A DNA stretch of 64,000 nt. Origin: Patescibacteria group bacterium (lineage in GTDB: Bacteria; Patescibacteriota; Minisyncoccia; Phycocordibacterales; UBA918). Where the stretch lies: positions 5,406 to 69,405 of the forward strand of contig JBBTRC010000008.1 of assembly GCA_038065355.1 (NCBI GenBank), given 5' to 3'. The notes beneath the pieces were generated by a model, which did not search any database, had not been told where the DNA came from, and saw only the letters and a program-made list of their open reading frames with translations. Position numbers and translations under genes: made by a program. How positions within the stretch are numbered: the first letter of the stretch is position 1; each line of letters begins with the position of its first letter. This document shows positions 57,381-64,000 of the stretch, piece by piece.

Positions 57381-57464
57381 ACGGCAATTATATCAAAAAT
57401 ATTCATAAGTTGAGATATAGACATCAACATTGTTTCAAAAAAGATTTACTTGTTGTATAATCTG

Positions 57465-57800
57465 GACAGAAGCAACTTGAAACACCCAACTAAGGGTTTT
57501 CCACCACAGAATGGTCAAAGGGCTTAGTAAGCCAAGGACAATACAAGTTTTGTGTGGGAAATCCGAAATGATTTTATATTGAAACTGGATGTGCTGATGT
57601 CACCGGCAAACAGACCACGGTACTCACGGCCAAGGATAAGGCACATCAAAGGGATATAAATTTCGAACAATAAGTAACCTATTCATTTAGGAGTATTTTG
57701 TTGTTGGAAATTTGTACCCCTTTTTTGATTTCTAGCACCAAATTCTCAAATGAGGGTTTGGTGTTTTTCGTTGCTTCACATTAGCAACTAACCATAAATA
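57465..57800 (+). promoter_or_regulatory. Long structured leader with terminator-like hairpin before the MTase-terminase operon
   Basis: TATAAT at 57456; stems at 57588-57647, 57648-57723 and 57736-57768 (followed by Ts). Confidence 0.55.
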
Positions 57801-57802
57801 AA

Positions 57803-59083
57803 ATGGCTAAACAAAAATTAGAGTGGCGCACTGAGCGTCGCAAAGTGAAGGATCTCATTCGTTATGAAAAGAATCCTCGCAAATTATCAGCAACCCAGCT
57901 TGATGGACTGAAACGCAGTCTCAAGAAATTCAATGTCGCCGAACTGCCCTGCATCAATACTGACGGCACGCTCGTGGCAGGAAATCAGCGGGTCTTGGCA
58001 CTTTCCCTTCTTGGTCGAGGCGAGGAAGAAATCGAAGTGCGTGTACCGAATAGGACTTTGACCGATGAGGAGTTCAAAGACTATCTTCTGACTTCTAACC
58101 GTAGTGGAGCGTCATGGGACTTCGAGAAACTTGCCGCCGAGTTCAACCTCGACGAACTGCTCACTGCAGGTTTCGACTCATTCGACCTCTCAAACATCTT
58201 TGACGACAACCTTGAAGTTGAGGACGACGAGATAGACATCGAGAAAGAGATTAAGGAGGCACAGACAACAGACATCAAGTCTGGGGACAGATTCTTGCTC
58301 GGAACTCACACCCTGATCTGTGCAGACAGCACGGATCCAGAGACGGTACACAAACTTGTCGGTGAAAACAGAATTGACCTCATCAATATAGATTATCCGT
58401 ACAACATCGGCGTGGACTATTCCGCAGGTCTAGGTGGGAAGCAAAACTATGGAGGGACGACCAATGACAAGAAGACCGATGCTGAGTACGAAGAATTTCT
58501 TGCCAGCATTCTCACCAATGCAATAAGTGTCACAAAGAAAGACGCACACATCTTCACGTGGCTCGATGAGAAATATATCGGCACGATGCAGAACGTGTTC
58601 AAGACGACAGGTGTCGAGTTCAAGCGATTGTGCCTATGGGCGAAAAACTCACATAACCCGACACCAAAGATAGCGTTCAACCGAGCCGTCGAGCTGTGTA
58701 TGTATGGGGTTAAGGGCAAGCCATTCCTTTCGGACAAGATAAAGAACCTGACCGAATTCCAGAACAAGGAGATCGCTTCGGGCAATCGGCTCATTGACGA
58801 CATCCTCGACATGTTCAACATCTGGCTCGTAAAGAGACTGCCAAGCTCTGATTATCTCCATCCGACAATGAAGCCTCCTACCTTGTATGAAAAGAGTATC
58901 AGGCGATGCAGTAGACCAGGAGATGCCGTGCTTGATCTCACGGCAGGTTCGGGAAGCCTGATGGTTGCCTGTGAGGCACTTAAGCGTCGAGCGTATCTAG
59001 CGGAAATTGAACCCGTGTTCTGCCAAGTCATCATTAATCGCTTTAAGAAAATATCAAATGAAAAAATCATCAAACTCAATTAA
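57803..59083 (+). CDS. ParB-like domain plus N6/N4 DNA methyltransferase
   Basis: NPR..AGNQR; DYPY, HPTMKP, DLTAGSGS. Confidence 0.9.
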   Translation: MAKQKLEWRTERRKVKDLIRYEKNPRKLSATQLDGLKRSLKKFNVAELPCINTDGTLVAGNQRVLALSLLGRGEEEIEVRVPNRTLTDEEFKDYLLTSNRSGASWDFEKLAAEFNLDELLTAGFDSFDLSNIFDDNLEVEDDEIDIEKEIKEAQTTDIKSGDRFLLGTHTLICADSTDPETVHKLVGENRIDLINIDYPYNIGVDYSAGLGGKQNYGGTTNDKKTDAEYEEFLASILTNAISVTKKDAHIFTWLDEKYIGTMQNVFKTTGVEFKRLCLWAKNSHNPTPKIAFNRAVELCMYGVKGKPFLSDKIKNLTEFQNKEIASGNRLIDDILDMFNIWLVKRLPSSDYLHPTMKPPTLYEKSIRRCSRPGDAVLDLTAGSGSLMVACEALKRRAYLAEIEPVFCQVIINRFKKISNEKIIKLN

Positions 59084-59819
59084 GTACGGCGACAGTTTTC
59101 GCCTCGGCAACCATCTGCTTCTTTGTGCCGATTCCCGCAACAAGGACATGGTCGCCAAACTAGTCGGAGATCAAAAAATAAAAGCCGTGGTCATCGACCC
59201 TCCGTACGGAGTTGCCGTAACCGAGAGCAAGGAGGGATTCCAGACGCTCGCGAAGAACAAGGTGATCGCAAACGACCATCTCCAAAGCGACGAGGAATAC
59301 CGCAAGTTCACATCGGACTGGATCGAGGCAGTTACTCCGCATCTTGAACGCAAGAACTCTTTCTACATCTTCAACTCGGACAAGATGGTCTTCGCCCTGC
59401 GTGAGGGCATGGTGGATGCGGGTGTGAAGTTCGGACAGTTATTGATCTGGGTTAAAACGCACGCAGTCATCGGACGCATGGATTACGCACCCCAGCACGA
59501 ACTCATCGCATATGGATGGTTTGGAGTGCACGAGTTCCTGAAGTCGAAAGACAAAAGCGTCCTTCTCTGCCCGAAGCCGAACAAGAGCAAGATGCATCCG
59601 ACGACAAAACCCTTGGACTTGATTCGTCGTCTCATCTTGAACAGTACACGGATTGGTGACGTGGTGTATGACGGTTTCCTCGGAAGCGGTACCGCACTGC
59701 TTGCATGCGAACAAACCAAGCGTATCTGCATCGGTGTCGAGCTTGATCCCGAATACTGCCAGACGATCATCGACCGCTTTGAGAAATTAACAGGAATTAA
59801 GGCGGAACGGTATGAGTAG
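59058..59819 (+). CDS. N6/N4 DNA methyltransferase (beta class)
   Basis: DPPY, HPTTKP, DGFLGSGT; start at MKKSSN. Confidence 0.93.
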   Translation: MKKSSNSIKYGDSFRLGNHLLLCADSRNKDMVAKLVGDQKIKAVVIDPPYGVAVTESKEGFQTLAKNKVIANDHLQSDEEYRKFTSDWIEAVTPHLERKNSFYIFNSDKMVFALREGMVDAGVKFGQLLIWVKTHAVIGRMDYAPQHELIAYGWFGVHEFLKSKDKSVLLCPKPNKSKMHPTTKPLDLIRRLILNSTRIGDVVYDGFLGSGTALLACEQTKRICIGVELDPEYCQTIIDRFEKLTGIKAERYE

Positions 59820-60234
59820 ACGTGACACCATCAAAGCCCGACAAAACAAGCTCAAGGAGGCGTTCCTTGAGCAGTTGAAGCGTACACCGACGATCGAGAC
59901 TGCGTGCCAGAAAGTCGGAGTGGCTCGGGCGACAGTGTATCGATGGATCAGCGGGAACAAGAAGTTTGAAAAGCTGGTGGACGAAGCCTTGGTCGAAGGC
60001 AGGACGTTCATGTCAGACATCGCCGAGAACCAGCTCTTTTCCCTCATCGGCGACAAGAAGATCGAAGCAATCAGGCTGTACCTGTCGACACACAACGCAC
60101 GGTACAGCAACAAGATCGAGTTATCTGGATCTGTGTCGAAAGACGAGCCGCTCACCAAGGAGCAGAAGAAGCTTATCCGCGAAGCTCTAAAGCTTTCGTC
60201 ATTACGCAACTATGGCAAGAGAAAGGAAAAGTAA
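59812..60234 (+). CDS. HTH protein, putative terminase small subunit
   Basis: AC.KVGV.RATVYRW...F; directly upstream of and overlapping TerL. Confidence 0.75.
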   Translation: MSRRDTIKARQNKLKEAFLEQLKRTPTIETACQKVGVARATVYRWISGNKKFEKLVDEALVEGRTFMSDIAENQLFSLIGDKKIEAIRLYLSTHNARYSNKIELSGSVSKDEPLTKEQKKLIREALKLSSLRNYGKRKEK

Positions 60235-61693
60235 ATCCGACAAGCTGTTCGACAGGGTTCTCTCGGACAAGGCGACGAGAAAGGTGCTCGTGCGTGAGCG
60301 GTTGGAGTATTTCTTCCCGATCTACTTCCATCGGTACATGCAGTACGAGACTGCCAATTTCCACAAGGAAATATTCGACATTCTTGAGAACGAAGCGATC
60401 AAGCTCGCCGTCATCTGTGCCTTCCGAGGCTCCGCCAAGTCGACCATCATCACGACCGCATACGTCCTGTGGTCTATTCTTGGCGTGCAACAGCGGAAGT
60501 TCATCGTCATCTGCGGTCAGACCGAACAGAAATCGAGACAGTACCTTCTCAACATCAAGAACGAGCTTCTGAACAATGACCTCCTGAAGAAAGACCTCGG
60601 ACCGTTCACTGAGGAAACGAACCATCTGGGCAATGCCACGGCGATCATAATCAAGAAGCTCAACGTGAAGATCATGATCAGCTCAGTCGAGCAGAGTATC
60701 CGTGGTATGCGACACGGCGAGCATCGTCCCGACCTCATCATTCTCGACGACATCGAGGACACGAACTCTGTGAAGACCAAGGAAGGTAGAGACAAAGCAT
60801 TCAACTGGCTAACGAGCGAGGTTGTTCCTGCGGGTAGCAAGAAGACCCGCATCATTGCCGTGGGTAACCTGCTCCATGAGGACTCGGTACTGAAGCGTCT
60901 CCAGAAAAAAATCGAGAGCGACGAGATGACGCACATGAACGGCGTGTATCGTGAGTATCCGATCATCGACGATCAAGGGAATCCTCTCTGGCTTGGGAAG
61001 TATCCGACCCCTGACGATATCGAGATGGAACGGCAAAAAACCATGAGCGAGACGGCGTGGTATCGGGAGTATCTTCTGAAGATCATCTCGACCGAGGAAC
61101 AGGTCGTGTATCCCGAATGGATACAGTGCTATGCCAAGATGCCGTATGACGGATTCCGAAGCGTTGCCATCGGTATTGACTTGGCGGTGAGCGAGAAGGA
61201 GTCTGCTGACTATACCGCCATGGTGGTAGGTCATGTCTACGGATATGGGAAGAACATGGCGATATACATCCAGCCGAATCCGATCAATGCACGTATGCCG
61301 TTCCCAGTTCAGACGCAGACAATCAAGTCACTCGTCGCCACGGAAAAGCAGAAGCATCATCGGGTGAAGCTGTACATCGAGGACGTTGGGTACCAGAAGG
61401 CACTCGTGCAAGTATTCGAGAGCCAAAGATACGATGTCGAGGGCGTGCCGACTGGACGGAGCGACAAGACCGCACGACTCAGACTGACGACTCCCTTCAT
61501 CAAAGAGGGTCGTGTGCTCTTCCCCGAGAAAGGATGCGAGGAACTTCTGATGCAACTGACAGGGTTCGGCAAAGAGACGCATGATGACCTTGCGGACGCT
61601 TTTGCGATGCTTGTTTTGAAAGTGATCGAAGATAATCCGCGCTGTGGGACAGCAGGAACTTTTGCGAATGGCGTACGCTTTGATGCCATCTAG
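60212..61693 (+). CDS. Terminase large subunit
   Basis: Walker A FRGSAKST, Walker B IILDDIE, nuclease GIDLA..DYTA, HDDLADA. Confidence 0.92.
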   Translation: MARERKSKSDKLFDRVLSDKATRKVLVRERLEYFFPIYFHRYMQYETANFHKEIFDILENEAIKLAVICAFRGSAKSTIITTAYVLWSILGVQQRKFIVICGQTEQKSRQYLLNIKNELLNNDLLKKDLGPFTEETNHLGNATAIIIKKLNVKIMISSVEQSIRGMRHGEHRPDLIILDDIEDTNSVKTKEGRDKAFNWLTSEVVPAGSKKTRIIAVGNLLHEDSVLKRLQKKIESDEMTHMNGVYREYPIIDDQGNPLWLGKYPTPDDIEMERQKTMSETAWYREYLLKIISTEEQVVYPEWIQCYAKMPYDGFRSVAIGIDLAVSEKESADYTAMVVGHVYGYGKNMAIYIQPNPINARMPFPVQTQTIKSLVATEKQKHHRVKLYIEDVGYQKALVQVFESQRYDVEGVPTGRSDKTARLRLTTPFIKEGRVLFPEKGCEELLMQLTGFGKETHDDLADAFAMLVLKVIEDNPRCGTAGTFANGVRFDAI

Positions 61694-61699
61694 ACTTCC

Positions 61700-62080
61700 A
61701 TGAGGGACTGCGTCATTCATTGGTATGTGGATGACATCGAAGCAATCATAGATGCGAGCAAGCATTTCAAATACCATGAGCCGACTGGCACGACTCCTTT
61801 CAATCGCATTTCCAATCTTCCTGAGACAAAGAAGCACATGAAGAGAGCGATCAAGGAACGGATGCAACTTCTAGTCGGAGCGTATATCTCGCTTGCCTCA
61901 TTTATCGACGACGACCTCGTCGATTTTTTGGAGAGCGACGAATCAAGTTTTGATAAAGAAAAGATAAAGAGGGTTTACGAGACGGTACTGGATGACATGG
62001 AAAAGCTGAGGGAAGAAATGGAGGAATTCGACCCTTTTGAGTTACCAACTTCGGGAGTCTCGGACTCACTAGACTCATAG
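61700..62080 (+). CDS. Hypothetical acidic protein
   Basis: ATG 6 nt after the TerL stop. Confidence 0.6.
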   Translation: MRDCVIHWYVDDIEAIIDASKHFKYHEPTGTTPFNRISNLPETKKHMKRAIKERMQLLVGAYISLASFIDDDLVDFLESDESSFDKEKIKRVYETVLDDMEKLREEMEEFDPFELPTSGVSDSLDS

Positions 62081-62107
62081 AGGGTATTGCGTCATTCATT
62101 GTGTTGT

Positions 62108-63436
62108 ATGACAAACATAACAATACAAAAGCCGGAAATGGGGTTGGCACAGGAGGTATCCCCATCAGGAGTTAAGTACTGCCTGTATGCAAGAAAAAGT
62201 ACGGAACAAGAGGACAAGCAAGCATTATCAATTGAATCGCAGGTTAAGGAGATGATCACCCTCGCCGAACGGGAGGGTCTGGAGATTGTGGAAATAAAGC
62301 GAGAGTCGCACTCTTCAAAGGAGGTTGGGCAAAGACCCGTGTACAACGAGCTAATCAATGAGATCAGACAAGGAAAATTCAACGGAATACTTACATGGGC
62401 ACCCGATCGCTTGAGTCGAAATGCGGGCGACCTTGGTAGTGTGGTAGACCTGATGGATCAAGGATTGCTCCACGAAATACGCACCTACGGACAGAAGTTT
62501 ACGAACAACCCAAATGAGAAGTTTCTCCTGATGATCCTCGGATCGCAAGCGAAGCTTGAGAACGACAACAAGATGGTGAACGTGAAGCGAGGATTGCGAG
62601 CAAGGTGTGAGATGGGACTCTGGCCGTCGGTACCGCCGACTGGGTATCTGAGCCACTCTGACCGAAACAAGAAGTGCGAGGTAGTACTCGATGAGCAACG
62701 AGCTGACGTGATCAAGCAGATGTACGAGAAAGTGGCATACGACGGATGGTCTGGACGAAAGCTCTTCTACTGGCTCAAAGACGACATACGGTTCAGAACA
62801 AAGCACGGAAAGCCACTGACCCTGAGCAACATTTACATAATATTAAAGAGTACCTTCTACTACGGAGAGTTTGAGTACCCTAAAGGAGGCGGACAGTGGT
62901 ACAAGGGTGTGCACGATCCGATCATCACCAAGGACCTCTACTTGCAGGTGCAGGACAGGATCACGAGCGACCACGTGGTGCGTGACCAGAACAAGGAGTT
63001 TGCCTTCACGAGGATGATCACCTGCGGACTCTGCGGATCAGGAGTGACAGCAGACGAGAAATTCAAGAAGCTCAAGGACGGAACGACTAACAGGTACGTC
63101 TACTACGGATGCACGAAGTTCAAAGACAAAAACTGTCCGTGCGGGTATGTGCGAGAAGAAGACTTGATTGAACAGCTAGCCAGCGTGCTCGACGTGGTAT
63201 CGCTCGACGAGATCGGTATGAAAGACAGGATCAAGGCAGAAATAGAATCACACAATGAGTTCCAAGAATCGGTACTCGGGAAAGAGGTTAAGGAGAAGAT
63301 AAAGATCAAGGAGATCGACATCAGGAACTATGCGAAGCACATCCTACGAAAGCGACCAATGCACGAGAAGCGAGAGCTATTGAAGCATCTGAGGAGTAAG
63401 CTGGTGCTGAAAGATAAAACACTTACACTCGTATAA
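62108..63436 (+). CDS. Large serine recombinase/integrase
   Basis: YARKST, DRLSRN, recombinase domain, Zn ribbon CGLCG..YYGC..C. Confidence 0.95.
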   Translation: MTNITIQKPEMGLAQEVSPSGVKYCLYARKSTEQEDKQALSIESQVKEMITLAEREGLEIVEIKRESHSSKEVGQRPVYNELINEIRQGKFNGILTWAPDRLSRNAGDLGSVVDLMDQGLLHEIRTYGQKFTNNPNEKFLLMILGSQAKLENDNKMVNVKRGLRARCEMGLWPSVPPTGYLSHSDRNKKCEVVLDEQRADVIKQMYEKVAYDGWSGRKLFYWLKDDIRFRTKHGKPLTLSNIYIILKSTFYYGEFEYPKGGGQWYKGVHDPIITKDLYLQVQDRITSDHVVRDQNKEFAFTRMITCGLCGSGVTADEKFKKLKDGTTNRYVYYGCTKFKDKNCPCGYVREEDLIEQLASVLDVVSLDEIGMKDRIKAEIESHNEFQESVLGKEVKEKIKIKEIDIRNYAKHILRKRPMHEKRELLKHLRSKLVLKDKTLTLV

Positions 63437-63437
63437 A

Positions 63438-64000
63438 TTAAAAGCCTATGCCAGGATTTTTTATAGCATCAATCGCCTCAAGTCTATCTTTTACATCTCC
63501 CATCTCATCGTAATACGACTCGACCTCGTCTATTACCCCCTGCATTTCCTTAGGTCTCTTGTAGAGTATCGCTTGCAGATATTCTGAATCAAGTGCGGAA
63601 TCCAGCGGCAAAGGATCAGTCTCTTTCATAAAATCAACTAGTGAGGAATCTTTTGTTGTCATCAGAAATATGAGTGCCTCAACCATAGCTCTATCTTCGC
63701 CCTCAAACGTTATTGATTCATCTCCCATTAGTACTTTTCCAGCTTTTGAACTACTACTTGAAATTTCATCGGTATTCAAACCCTTCTTTCCAGCAAATTC
63801 TTGAATGACTTTATAAAGTGCTCTGGCAATATCTTTAACGAGTCTTCCAATAAAGTTTTTAACCTCTGGAGAATTTTCTACATAGAAAATAGAAGACTCC
63901 TCTTTGATATCTATACCGAGGTGCTTGTGCAAAAAGTCGAGAAATGCCTTTTTGTCTTTCGAGAACACAGTAAGCTCCTGAAAACTGAGCCTGTCGTAGC
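63438..64000 (-). CDS. Hypothetical protein, probably starting beyond the window edge
   Basis: ORF convergent on the integrase; frame appears open toward the edge. Confidence 0.6.
   Translation of the reverse strand, partial: YDRLSFQELTVFSKDKKAFLDFLHKHLGIDIKEESSIFYVENSPEVKNFIGRLVKDIARALYKVIQEFAGKKGLNTDEISSSSSKAGKVLMGDESITFEGEDRAMVEALIFLMTTKDSSLVDFMKETDPLPLDSALDSEYLQAILYKRPKEMQGVIDEVESYYDEMGDVKDRLEAIDAIKNPGIGF

Larger units (their letters stand above)
39803..64000. mobile_element. Integrated island / phage-satellite-like element, right end outside window
   Basis: tRNA 3' fragment at left; serine integrase, TerS/TerL, DNA MTases, DGR and AT-rich cargo. Confidence 0.7.

Noticed and set aside
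1-64000. CRISPR array
   Set aside because: No run of equal-length direct repeats with unique spacers was seen; the repeats found are pairs or coding repeats.

Overview
Bacterial genomic window whose gene content and near-universal SD-less, leaderless-type starts suggest a Patescibacteria/CPR (Parcubacteria-like) host; this is inference only. Positions 1-31.8 kb are mostly ordinary envelope, redox and metal genes: HtrA, glycoside hydrolases, two DsbA, MltG, an ArsR-Grx-Trx-CcdA/DUF3179 operon, a CopA operon, an FN3/PG-binding protein and MscL. Positions 31.8-37.6 kb hold a co-oriented cluster of a divergent LysRS paralog, an anticodon-less AsnRS/AsnA-like enzyme, two SAM methyltransferases, an MccF-like S66 peptidase and an NDT-fold protein. 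From about 37.7-40 kb (tRNA 3'-end scars) to beyond the right edge lies an integrated island. It carries (i) a membrane-anchored Hsp70/GrpE-like/J-like/AAA/SppA operon, (ii) a complete diversity-generating retroelement (VR vs TR: 17 differences in 115 bp, all at TR adenines) with avd inverted head-to-head against the RT, (iii) a repeated structured RNA motif bracketing the DGR that looks like a phage CI/C4-type antisense switch, and (iv) an MTase-MTase-TerS-TerL-serine integrase module with no portal or capsid gene in the window. All calls were made by eye from motifs; no database searches were run.
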